Below, piece by piece: positions 1 to 7,802 of a DNA stretch of 32,102 bases. How positions within the stretch are numbered: the first letter of the stretch is position 1; every line of letters starts with the position of its first letter. Source of the stretch: a virus. Its lineage: Duplodnaviria; Caudoviricetes. Below the pieces are notes generated by a model. It was not told the origin of the DNA, made no database searches, and worked only from the letters and a program-made list of their open reading frames with translations. Both the position numbers and the translations under genes were made by a program. Where the stretch lies: positions 1 through 32,102 of IMG/VR virus record IMGVR_UViG_3300011337_000412; one strand, written 5' to 3'.

Positions 1-629
1 TGGGAGAAGATTGCAAGCTTCTTTGCGAGAACTTGTACACGGTCAAAAGTTGGGGAACTTTCAGTAATGTTGGTATTATCAGTAACCCAGTAAGCAGTTG
101 GAGAAACAGAGTTCTTTGGAACTTGTAACACATCGCTGGTCATCGTTTTGACATCAGAGTTACGTCTTACAACACCATATTGGTCTCTCAACCAAATAAT
201 ACTGTCAATAAGTTCATCTGGTACTAAAAATCCACCAGCAGAGTTGGTAGTTTCGTTAGCAGCTTTAGTTGAAGTATTGTTCTTCATCCATTCTTGGGAT
301 TTCTTATTACCAAGCATAGAAAGGGCAAAGTGGCCCCATTGGAGTGCTTTAACACCCTTTTCATAATCTGAACCGGTAAAAGGTAATGCTTTGTAGTTTA
401 CCTTTCCTGGCAAAATAATATCGCTCATTTTTGTTTCCTTGATTTCTGTATTCTTAACAGGAAGAAGTTGAGTTTCTACACTCTTAAGTGCTTCAACCTT
501 TTCGCTGATTTTTGTGTTTTCGTCTAACAACTTTTGTGCGTCCTCAACGACACCATCTTCTGCTTCAAGGATTGTTTTGGCCTTTACAGCATTATTAACT
601 TTGAGGACTTCGAGTTCTTCGATTGTCAT
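1..629 (-). CDS. Major capsid protein, HK97 fold, N-terminal part (runs off the window start)
   Basis: Hand translation from ATG 629 (RBS AGGA) is open to the edge: MTIEELEVLK...KAANETTNSAGGFLVPDELIDSIIWLRDQYGVVRR...AYWVTDNTNITESSPTFDRVQVLAKKLAIFS. GGFLVP and ITES.PTF..V.L.AKKL are typical HK97-family motifs. Follows the prohead protease. Not in the ORF track. Confidence 0.93.
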   Translation of the reverse strand, partial: MTIEELEVLKVNNAVKAKTILEAEDGVVEDAQKLLDENTKISEKVEALKSVETQLLPVKNTEIKETKMSDIILPGKVNYKALPFTGSDYEKGVKALQWGHFALSMLGNKKSQEWMKNNTSTKAANETTNSAGGFLVPDELIDSIIWLRDQYGVVRRNSDVKTMTSDVLQVPKNSVSPTAYWVTDNTNITESSPTFDRVQVLAKKLAIFS

Positions 630-641
630 ATATTTTTCCTC

Positions 642-1688
642 TTATAATAAATCTAACATTGCTCTTTTGAGTAATGCTTGTTTTACTTCATCAACAGTTT
701 TTACATTTTCAACTGTTTCTGTTGTTGTTGCTGGTGTTTCATTTACATCTCGCAAATGAGACCAAACAATCCCAGACAAAACTTTCGCCTGGTTGTTAGA
801 AAGATTGAATACATCTCGCATCTTTCTCTCTAAATCTCTAATAGTTTCAGGAGTACTGTTTCTAAATGATTTTAACATAGCCATTTCAGCAGGTACACTC
901 ATATAAATATGTTCTGCTACATTTTTAGCTCTCATAACAAAACCATCAAGAAGGGCATTTACATAACTAATGTCTTTTCCTTCATCTAAAACTACATATA
1001 AACCTTCGCACATCTTTTCAAATAGTTCGTGGATAGCTTCTGATACTAACTCTCCCTCATAACCTTCAAATAATGTATCTGCTAACATTGTAGGGTCATC
1101 AGGTAAAACTAATGGCTCTTCTGGCATTTCTTCTTCCATATCTTCTTTCATTGGTTTGTACATATCCATACCATCATCTTTTTTAGGATAACAAGCATCA
1201 ACAAAATCAGATAAAGATTTAAATACTTTATTTCTACTTTCTGCTGGTGTTGGAGTAAGAGAGATTTCAGCAATAGGCCAACTCTTTACTTCAAATGATG
1301 CGCCTTTTTGAGTTCTTGATACTAAATGACCAGCACTACCAGATGAATAGCCTAACTTACCTTGTTTTGCCAGTTCATTAATCATTACAGCATATTTATC
1401 AGCCATATTTAGTTGTGCTTCAAACCAAATACCTGTATCATCATAAGTAGCAATACCACTTCCAATAGCATAAGATTTGATTGTATTATCTTGTCCGTGG
1501 TGGTAATACAAGTTCATTTTAAACTTGTCTCCCATTTTAAGAGGTCTACCAAAATCAGTGTTAGAAGTAAAAAAATCTGCTTCTAAATCAGTGTCGTTAG
1601 GGCTGCCAAATCTAATAGCATAACCTTTGACTAAACCATTTTCAGTAGCTTTGATTTCAGACCCAGAATGATAATATTGATGTTCCAT
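642..1688 (-). CDS. Prohead maturation protease (HK97-type, S78-like) with acidic C-terminal extension, possibly scaffolding
   Basis: VKGYAIRFG, YYHH, LGYSSGS and EISLTPTPAE motifs. Lies between MuF and capsid. Confidence 0.88.
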   Translation of the reverse strand: MEHQYYHSGSEIKATENGLVKGYAIRFGSPNDTDLEADFFTSNTDFGRPLKMGDKFKMNLYYHHGQDNTIKSYAIGSGIATYDDTGIWFEAQLNMADKYAVMINELAKQGKLGYSSGSAGHLVSRTQKGASFEVKSWPIAEISLTPTPAESRNKVFKSLSDFVDACYPKKDDGMDMYKPMKEDMEEEMPEEPLVLPDDPTMLADTLFEGYEGELVSEAIHELFEKMCEGLYVVLDEGKDISYVNALLDGFVMRAKNVAEHIYMSVPAEMAMLKSFRNSTPETIRDLERKMRDVFNLSNNQAKVLSGIVWSHLRDVNETPATTTETVENVKTVDEVKQALLKRAMLDLL

Positions 1689-1692
1689 ATGT

Positions 1693-2721
1693 TTACCTTA
1701 TATCTCGTAGTGGTTTAATAATAGTTGTTGGTCCCCATTCTTCATCTTGTTTTATTCCAACAAATGTATTTAATGGTTTTCCTTCTTTCCACAAGTTATA
1801 TCTTTCAGGACCTAATACCCTTTTTTTATCTTTTTCAGATAACCTACCAAAAAGTTGCTCTGCTGTTGGGATTTTATCAGATGTTTCTTCTATGGTATCA
1901 TCTCCTGTTATTTCAGCCCAAGTTTTTGTTTTTGGAACTATAACACATCTACAGTTAGGATGAGTTGGAAGTATTTGATTTAACTTGTAAACTGTACCGT
2001 GTAAGGCATAACAAGCAGGACAAGTACGAGCATCTCCAGCAGCTAATCTTATATAACCACTAATAAGGTCTGTGTTTTCGCTATAGTTTTGTACTGTTGC
2101 TGTTCTTGCTGCTCTTAAACTTTCTGTCCTCGCTATTGTATTTGCCCTATAAAGAGGCATCATTGTTTGTCTTTTTATTTCTCTTGCTATTTTTACTGGA
2201 TTTTGGCCTTGTAAGATACCGTTAGATAATGTATTAGTTATATCTGTCCCATAATCAACAACAATCTTTTGAAATAAATCATTAAGAGGACTGCCATTAG
2301 AAGCAAACCCAACAAACTCTTCCATAGCACCAGCATCAATAAGATTTATATTATATTCAAATCCTTTAGGTGGTTTTCCTAATGATGCTTCTATATTATC
2401 TTTACTATAATCTGTTCCAATCTTTACACTATTTCTTTGTAAATCTTCAGTAATATCTATAGCATCCTGGTTGAACTTTTCTATCTTCTCTTCTATAGCA
2501 TTTAATCTTTGCTCATAAAAACCCTTCATTTCTTCGTATATTTCAACATCGGGTCTACCATCAGCAATCATCTTATTTATTTGTATTTCAAGTCTATTTA
2601 GTTCATTTAGTACAGGAGATAAGGAAGCAGTATAAGCCCTCGTCATATCTTTGAGGGCTTTTTCTTCTAATAATCTCAATCTCTTCTTATATCTATTGGC
2701 AACTGTATATAATCTTGCCAT
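1693..2721 (-). CDS. Minor head protein, MuF / SPP1 gp7 family
   Basis: RANTIARTE, DARTCPAC and PTHPNCRC motifs. Directly after portal. Confidence 0.92.
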   Translation of the reverse strand: MARLYTVANRYKKRLRLLEEKALKDMTRAYTASLSPVLNELNRLEIQINKMIADGRPDVEIYEEMKGFYEQRLNAIEEKIEKFNQDAIDITEDLQRNSVKIGTDYSKDNIEASLGKPPKGFEYNINLIDAGAMEEFVGFASNGSPLNDLFQKIVVDYGTDITNTLSNGILQGQNPVKIAREIKRQTMMPLYRANTIARTESLRAARTATVQNYSENTDLISGYIRLAAGDARTCPACYALHGTVYKLNQILPTHPNCRCVIVPKTKTWAEITGDDTIEETSDKIPTAEQLFGRLSEKDKKRVLGPERYNLWKEGKPLNTFVGIKQDEEWGPTTIIKPLRDIR

Positions 2722-2723
2722 AT

Positions 2724-4367
2724 TTAGTCCTCTGGTTCATAAGGTACTATATTCTTGCCTTCATCCATTAGTCTATTTCTTATTTTAGTAGACCAACTTT
2801 GCCCAGCATCTCCACCCCATAAACTCCACGCTACTCTTCCTGGACTTGGATAACCTTCTTCTCCACTATTAAAACCTTCTGCTTCTTTATCTACTTCGTG
2901 TCTGGCAAAGAAACTATACATACGCAAAATAGTGTCATCAGATAAGTTTTCATTATTAACGATTTGATTTGCTCGTGCTAATCCTACTCTTGTTCCACCT
3001 TTATAGCCTTCATCTTTCCATTTGAGGGCTTTCTTTGCTTCTTCTTTCATACCATCTGTTGGGAAATATTTAAAAGATAAAGATTTTGTAACTTCAGGAA
3101 CAGGAAAACTAACAGCACCATAATAAAAATCTTCATCTTCTGGTAATGGCTGAATACTAATCATTCTTTTTGCATCTGCTCTACTAATAACACCTTTTTC
3201 AAATAATGTAGCAGCTCTTTCGGAGTTAGCATAAACATCTTCTGCTAATGCTCTTACTTCAGAAACATCATAATCTACATAATCTCCTGGTTTTGGACTG
3301 AACTCTGGAAGAAGCATAATAGATAAGATTTCGCAAAGACTATCAAGCATTGGAAGCATACCATCAGTCCAAGCTGCTGATTGGCTTTGTTCATAGTTGC
3401 TATATGTAGAGTTTTCTAATCCAGCATTCAAACCAAGACACATAGCATTTAAACCTAATGCTGCTGGTACTCTGGTTTCGGGCAATCTTCTTATTTCAGA
3501 TAAATCAAGTTCAGAAGGAGAAAATGAAACTCTTTCCATTTTATAAGCGCCAGATAATACAGCAATACCACCAGCATTATCAGTAGCAAAATCTTCTCTT
3601 AATCTTCTTTTGATTGTTTTAGCATCATCTGGGCTAATATCAACACTATTATCATTAGCATCAGGACCAATAATCATAGATGGAAGAGCACCATTTTTGA
3701 TTAATCCATATGCAGTTGAAGAAGCTTGATTATCGCAAGAAATCTCCCTTAAAACACTATTTATAGGGCTGTTTCCAAGTCTTATGTCTGTAGTTGAACG
3801 TCCAAATCTCCAATGAATAATATCTTCTTTTTCAATCTTATATTCTGCGCCTGTAACTGTGTAAATATAATATTGTATTGCTACTTTGCTGTCTCCAATA
3901 GGCCTAACCATATCAGCAGGTAAATATTCAAGAGCAATAACAGAGTTTCCAATACCTCTGATTTTTCTTAAATAAGCATTACCAAGAAGTAAATAGTCTT
4001 GAATATAGTTTCCCCATACAATAGATGGAGGAATATTACCATTCATAGGGTCTTTTAAGAGTTCAAGGATATCATTCATTTGAACTTCTTTTTGACCAGT
4101 AGATTTATTTACAACTTGAAAAGCAACTTGAGAAAAGTTTGTCAAATACCAACGAGTACAAATAGCAACAATAGAGTTTAGAGATAAATCTCCTGCTTCT
4201 CTTACCCAGTCTCTATTAGATGAAGGTAGTTTTTTCTGAAGAAGGGCAAGTAAATCTCCATTACCTCTACCTGTTAATCCACCTACACTCATTGAATAGT
4301 TGTTTGGTGGTGGTAGTTGTTCTTTATTGTTAGCGCTTGTTAGTTTTAAGAAATCAAAAAATCCCAT
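2724..4367 (-). CDS. Portal protein (HK97 family) with an extra C-terminal domain of about 100 aa
   Basis: LLLGNAYL, EDIIHWR, G.SPI, KNGALPS and TYSNYEQ motifs. Directly after terL. Confidence 0.93.
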   Translation of the reverse strand: MGFFDFLKLTSANNKEQLPPPNNYSMSVGGLTGRGNGDLLALLQKKLPSSNRDWVREAGDLSLNSIVAICTRWYLTNFSQVAFQVVNKSTGQKEVQMNDILELLKDPMNGNIPPSIVWGNYIQDYLLLGNAYLRKIRGIGNSVIALEYLPADMVRPIGDSKVAIQYYIYTVTGAEYKIEKEDIIHWRFGRSTTDIRLGNSPINSVLREISCDNQASSTAYGLIKNGALPSMIIGPDANDNSVDISPDDAKTIKRRLREDFATDNAGGIAVLSGAYKMERVSFSPSELDLSEIRRLPETRVPAALGLNAMCLGLNAGLENSTYSNYEQSQSAAWTDGMLPMLDSLCEILSIMLLPEFSPKPGDYVDYDVSEVRALAEDVYANSERAATLFEKGVISRADAKRMISIQPLPEDEDFYYGAVSFPVPEVTKSLSFKYFPTDGMKEEAKKALKWKDEGYKGGTRVGLARANQIVNNENLSDDTILRMYSFFARHEVDKEAEGFNSGEEGYPSPGRVAWSLWGGDAGQSWSTKIRNRLMDEGKNIVPYEPED

Positions 4368-4395
4368 ATGTTATATCCTCATTGGTTGCTTTTTT

Positions 4396-4408
4396 ATTTT
4401 ATCGTTAG
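4396..4408 (-). promoter_or_regulatory. Candidate late promoter (CTAACGATAAAAT) for the portal/head operon
   Basis: Variant of the TAGACGATAAAAT motif. Overlaps the terL stop codon and lies upstream of the portal RBS GAGGA. Confidence 0.6.
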
Positions 4409-5832
4409 TAGGCCATAAACTTCTTCAATATAAATAGTTGAGAAAATGCATCTGACATAGCATCAACTTGGTCATCGTGTTTACCAAGAGGAAATGTTCG
4501 TAGTTCATCTATAAAACTCTTATTCCAATCTCCCTTAACTAAATAAACATTACCAGCATTTACTTGGCTTGCTATACCTTCTGCTCTTACTTCTTTCTTT
4601 CCAGTGGGTCTTATTTTAGCAATGTTATGACCAGCTAATAATCTAAATAAATATTGTGTTTGGAACTTACCTGCTGCTCCTGGGTCTTCTGGTATTGTAA
4701 TATTTATTCTTCCATCCATATCAGCAGTATTTTTAATCCATTTATCTCTTTGATTAGGTTCCCATTGTCCACATACTACATCAAGGATATAAATATTTTT
4801 ATTTTCATCTATTCCCATTTTAATCCCAGCGCTAAAGTCTCCATCATTTTCAGTTGCTGCTAAATCCCAACTTCTTATAGTTTTAGTAAGATTATTAGGT
4901 GCAGCACTAATAATATTTAACTCCTGTATTTTGAAGAATGAGCCCTCTTTTGGGGTTGGATTTACTTGATATAATGATTGGAATGCATAGTCTCCAATAA
5001 CCTTCTTAATACGCATAAAATCATCTATATTGTATCTTTCTGGCCACAATGCTTCTCCTATGTTTCTACCTAAAGCATCGTCTACATTATCGCAAATAGC
5101 AGGTAAATCAAGTATATGCCATTTATCTGGTTCTGCTTCTACTACTCTTGCACTTAAATCATCTTCGTGCCAAGGTGTCATAGTTATTAAAACTTTTCCA
5201 TTTGGTTCTAATCTTGTAAGTAAATCTGAACCATACCAATCCCATACATTTTCTCTATATGTTTTACTTTCCGCTTGTTCTCTGTTAGCAATAGGGTCGT
5301 CGATACAGATAAGAGAAAAACCTTGGCCTGTTGGAGCATTACCAGTTCCTCTTGCCATACACGTTCCACCATCTTCTGTTTGCCATTCATCAGCAGCAGT
5401 TTTAGTTCTATCTATCTTATTTCTTGATGAATATATATTTCTTGACATTCTTGAGAAACGACGAGCCATTCTTTCATTGTAACTTGTAATCAATACATTA
5501 TCTTCAGGATATTGTTCCATCATATAAGCAGCAAGTCTAATAGTAGAAGATTGAGTTTTACTATGACGTGGTGGCATTTTAATAAGTAATCTATCAAACT
5601 TACCATCTAAAAAATCTTGGATTGTTTCTGCTATTTTAATAATATGTGGAGGCAAAGACCAAGTTTTAGGATATGTCTCTTGTAGGAAATCTAAATATAA
5701 TGGATGTTCTTTTTGTTTTTTATTGTTCTCTATCCGGGTTTGCTGCTGATAAAAGTTGAACCGACCAGTTTGCAAGTTGTTGATGTAAATCGGCAATCTG
5801 TCCTGCGCTTTGTGTCCTAATATATCTCTCAT
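4405..5832 (-). CDS. terL: Terminase large subunit (start uncertain)
   Basis: Walker A MPPRHSKT, Walker B LICIDDP, coupling motif TPWHEDD, nuclease motifs SWDLA and HDDQVDA. Confidence 0.96.
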   Translation of the reverse strand: MRDILGHKAQDRLPIYINNLQTGRFNFYQQQTRIENNKKQKEHPLYLDFLQETYPKTWSLPPHIIKIAETIQDFLDGKFDRLLIKMPPRHSKTQSSTIRLAAYMMEQYPEDNVLITSYNERMARRFSRMSRNIYSSRNKIDRTKTAADEWQTEDGGTCMARGTGNAPTGQGFSLICIDDPIANREQAESKTYRENVWDWYGSDLLTRLEPNGKVLITMTPWHEDDLSARVVEAEPDKWHILDLPAICDNVDDALGRNIGEALWPERYNIDDFMRIKKVIGDYAFQSLYQVNPTPKEGSFFKIQELNIISAAPNNLTKTIRSWDLAATENDGDFSAGIKMGIDENKNIYILDVVCGQWEPNQRDKWIKNTADMDGRINITIPEDPGAAGKFQTQYLFRLLAGHNIAKIRPTGKKEVRAEGIASQVNAGNVYLVKGDWNKSFIDELRTFPLGKHDDQVDAMSDAFSQLFILKKFMAY

Positions 5833-6100
5833 CTTGACCTACTTTTGCTATTGTCTCTATTGCTTTTAAATGTTCTTTTAGGGATGATATTAATAAATCT
5901 TCTATCCTATCAACAGCATTTTCAGGTAATAAAGATTTCTGGTCTTCATCTAACTCTGATTTTATTTTAGATACAGCACTTTTAGCAATACCGTGTTGTC
6001 TTGATAGTTCGCACACTCCAAGGCCTACTAATAATCCAGCAATAATATCTGCTTTCATTGCATTAGTTATCTTTGTGTAAGTTCTTTTTTGTTCTTCCAT
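5720..6100 (-). CDS. terS: Terminase small subunit (putative)
   Basis: N-terminal HTH (VCELSRQHGIAKSAVSKIK), helical C-terminal part, immediately upstream of terL, RBS GAGGT. Confidence 0.75.
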   Translation of the reverse strand: MEEQKRTYTKITNAMKADIIAGLLVGLGVCELSRQHGIAKSAVSKIKSELDEDQKSLLPENAVDRIEDLLISSLKEHLKAIETIAKVGQDERYIRTQSAGQIADLHQQLANWSVQLLSAANPDREQ

Positions 6101-6117
6101 AATATACCTCTTTTATT

Positions 6118-6130
6118 ATTTTAGCGTCTA
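6118..6130 (-). promoter_or_regulatory. Candidate late promoter (TAGACGCTAAAAT) for the terminase genes
   Basis: 12/13 match to the motif at 27768 and 31619. Sits between a terminator and the terS RBS. Confidence 0.65.
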
Positions 6131-6134
6131 TGAT

Positions 6135-6167
6135 AAAAAAAACCCCAGTAGGAGAAGTACTGGGGTT
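6135..6167 (-). terminator. Rho-independent terminator
   Basis: 10-bp stem AACCCCAGTA/TACTGGGGTT with a 7-nt loop, followed by a U-tract on the minus strand. Confidence 0.88.
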
Positions 6168-6197
6168 AAGGAGTTTGAAATGTCAATGAACCTAACA
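6135..6197 (-). ncRNA. Candidate small RNA of about 60 nt
   Basis: Perfect extended -10 TGgTATAAT at 6203-6211, then a short ORF-free stretch and an intrinsic terminator. Confidence 0.45.
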
Positions 6198-6214
6198 AAT
6201 ATATTATACCACAT

Positions 6215-6451
6215 CTACAAAAGTTTTACCTGCTCATCCCAACTATGTAAGTAAATATTAGCATAACCACCATCTAATAGTTCTTTAATAAACTCAATAG
6301 GAGAACTGTCCATATCAAAAGCTTCCATAAGTTCTTGGATTGTTGCCATATCGTGGTCTTCTGTTTTAGCAGCAATGGAGATTTTAACCATTGGATATAA
6401 ACCTTTTAATCCTGACTTATCTTCCAAGTTGTTGTAATCTTCTTCTTTCAT
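6215..6451 (-). CDS. Hypothetical acidic protein, 78 aa
   Basis: RBS AAGGA, tight operon packing. Confidence 0.7.
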   Translation of the reverse strand: MKEEDYNNLEDKSGLKGLYPMVKISIAAKTEDHDMATIQELMEAFDMDSSPIEFIKELLDGGYANIYLHSWDEQVKLL

Positions 6452-6459
6452 ATTTATCC

Positions 6460-6708
6460 TTATACTAAATACAGTCTATCATTCTCTGTTCTAAAATAGC
6501 AATAGTATCCATCTTCTATTTTATTAACTTTTTTTCCTTTAAACTTTTCAGAATGTTTTGCCCAGTCATCTCTACTAATATATCCTACGATGAGTTTACT
6601 TATTACAATGGTCATTTTAATGCCTAAAACAAAGCCAATAAGCACTCTAATACTACCACTGTCGTATATTTCATCTAACTTGCTAATATCTATGCTATGC
6701 TTCATCAT
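6460..6708 (-). CDS. Hypothetical protein, 82 aa
   Basis: ATGA overlap with the upstream gene, in operon. Confidence 0.6.
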   Translation of the reverse strand: MMKHSIDISKLDEIYDSGSIRVLIGFVLGIKMTIVISKLIVGYISRDDWAKHSEKFKGKKVNKIEDGYYCYFRTENDRLYLV

Positions 6709-7076
6709 TCAGTCATTCCAAGATATTTACTTATTAAATCTATTCCAGTTTGTGCATCCTTAACTTCAACAAAAAGAGGCCATTTTGATGTGTTTTTCAT
6801 TATAATCTCTTTCCATTCTTGTTGTTGCTTTGATAGTTTACCTTTCTCTGATTTTACTTCAATATAGAGGGCAGAATAAACACCATTATCAAGAGGTACT
6901 ATTAAATCCCATACTCCACTCCGCATACCAAGTTTCTGTAGCCATTTAACTATTCCAAAGCTAACGCCAAAGAAAGAGTTAGGTGGATGATAAATACATT
7001 TTAATGCTTCAAAATCTTCTTCATTTGCCCGCACCCAATCCATAATCTCTATATGGATTTCAGCTTCTTTTTTCAT
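6705..7076 (-). CDS. VRR-NUC family nuclease (putative Holliday junction resolvase), start reassigned to MKKEAE at 7076
   Basis: EAEIH, HPPN, GMRSGVWDL and LYIEVKSEKGKLSKQQQEW match the VRR-NUC pattern. The ATG at 7091 lies inside the promoter motif. Confidence 0.85.
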   Translation of the reverse strand: MKKEAEIHIEIMDWVRANEEDFEALKCIYHPPNSFFGVSFGIVKWLQKLGMRSGVWDLIVPLDNGVYSALYIEVKSEKGKLSKQQQEWKEIIMKNTSKWPLFVEVKDAQTGIDLISKYLGMTE

Positions 7077-7081
7077 ATAGC

Positions 7082-7094
7082 ATTTTACCATCTA
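7082..7094 (-). promoter_or_regulatory. Candidate late-type promoter (TAGATGGTAAAAT), probably giving a leaderless mRNA
   Basis: Motif variant directly after a terminator. Only 5 nt separate TAAAAT from the ATG and there is no SD. Confidence 0.55.
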
Positions 7095-7126
7095 AAAAAA
7101 ACCCCTCTTTTTAGGGAGGGGATTTT
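7095..7126 (-). terminator. Rho-independent terminator, copy 1 of an identical 32-bp repeat
   Basis: CCCCTC/GAGGGG stem plus U-tract. Identical to 7415-7446. Confidence 0.9.
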
Positions 7127-7141
7127 AGAAACTATATTATT

Positions 7142-7339
7142 TTATTTTTTATAGGTTTCAACTTGTTCAGCAATCAAATCATTTATTGCTTTTTTAACTA
7201 TTTTGACATCATCTGTTGGAAGTCTGTTACTCAATAAGTTATTTACACTGCGGAGTATATTCAAAATATCTTCTGCTTGTAAATCTACACCATTAGTTTC
7301 TTCTAACAGTTGTTCCTTTTGAACTTGTTTTATCTTCAT
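7142..7339 (-). CDS. Small helical early protein, 65 aa, paralog of 7450-7677
   Basis: Has its own promoter, RBS AAGGAG and terminator. LNILRSVNNLLSNRLPTD aligns with LKELRNIKEILSNPLATD. Confidence 0.85.
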   Translation of the reverse strand: MKIKQVQKEQLLEETNGVDLQAEDILNILRSVNNLLSNRLPTDDVKIVKKAINDLIAEQVETYKK

Positions 7340-7373
7340 AACTTTTCTCCTTGTAGCTCTTATCTACACTACT

Positions 7374-7401
7374 ATTATACACCTTGCTGTTTAGATGTCA
7401 A
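7374..7401 (-). promoter_or_regulatory. Consensus sigma-70 early promoter
   Basis: TTGACA (7396-7401), 16 nt, TATAAT (7374-7379). Confidence 0.88.
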
Positions 7402-7414
7402 ATATTTTAGGCAT

Positions 7415-7446
7415 AAAAAAACCCCTCTTTTTAGGGAGGGGATTTT
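7415..7446 (-). terminator. Rho-independent terminator, copy 2
   Basis: Identical to 7095-7126, 320 bp apart. Confidence 0.9.
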
Positions 7447-7449
7447 GCA

Positions 7450-7677
7450 TTACTTCATCAACCACTTGTAAGCGTTAAGATGAGTTGTTATCAATCCATC
7501 AACTGATTGTCTTACCGTTTCCATTTGGTGGTCTGTAGCAAGCGGGTTGCTTAATATTTCTTTGATATTACGCAGTTCCTTCAACCAATCAGCGTATTGG
7601 ACAGACATCATATCTATATGCTCTTCCTTCTGGTCCTTAAGCTCTTGCAACGCAACCAACAGTCCATCTTTTCTCAT
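7450..7677 (-). CDS. Small helical early protein, 75 aa, paralog of 7142-7339
   Basis: Has its own promoter, RBS AAGGAG and terminator. Confidence 0.85.
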   Translation of the reverse strand: MRKDGLLVALQELKDQKEEHIDMMSVQYADWLKELRNIKEILSNPLATDHQMETVRQSVDGLITTHLNAYKWLMK

Positions 7678-7711
7678 AACATTTCTCCTTGTAGTGCTTG
7701 TCTACACTACT

Positions 7712-7739
7712 ATTATACATCTTTCTGTGTAGATGTCAA
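7712..7739 (-). promoter_or_regulatory. Consensus sigma-70 early promoter
   Basis: TTGACA (7734-7739), 16 nt, TATAAT (7712-7717). Near-duplicate of the 7337-7401 region. Confidence 0.88.
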
Positions 7740-7764
7740 CCTTACCTCTAAAACAATTTTGGGT

Positions 7765-7795
7765 AAAAAATAGCCCCGTGGTTAGCGGGGCTATT
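7765..7795 (-). terminator. Rho-independent terminator of the SprT-like gene
   Basis: AATAGCCCCG/CGGGGCTATT stem plus U-tract. Confidence 0.88.
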
Positions 7796-7802
7796 AGTTG
7801 TG

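Noticed and set aside
148-5482. Small ORFs overlapping the head genes (148, 514, 1725, 4654, 5030, 5208)
   Set aside because: Antisense or alternate-frame shadows of well-supported genes, with no RBS.
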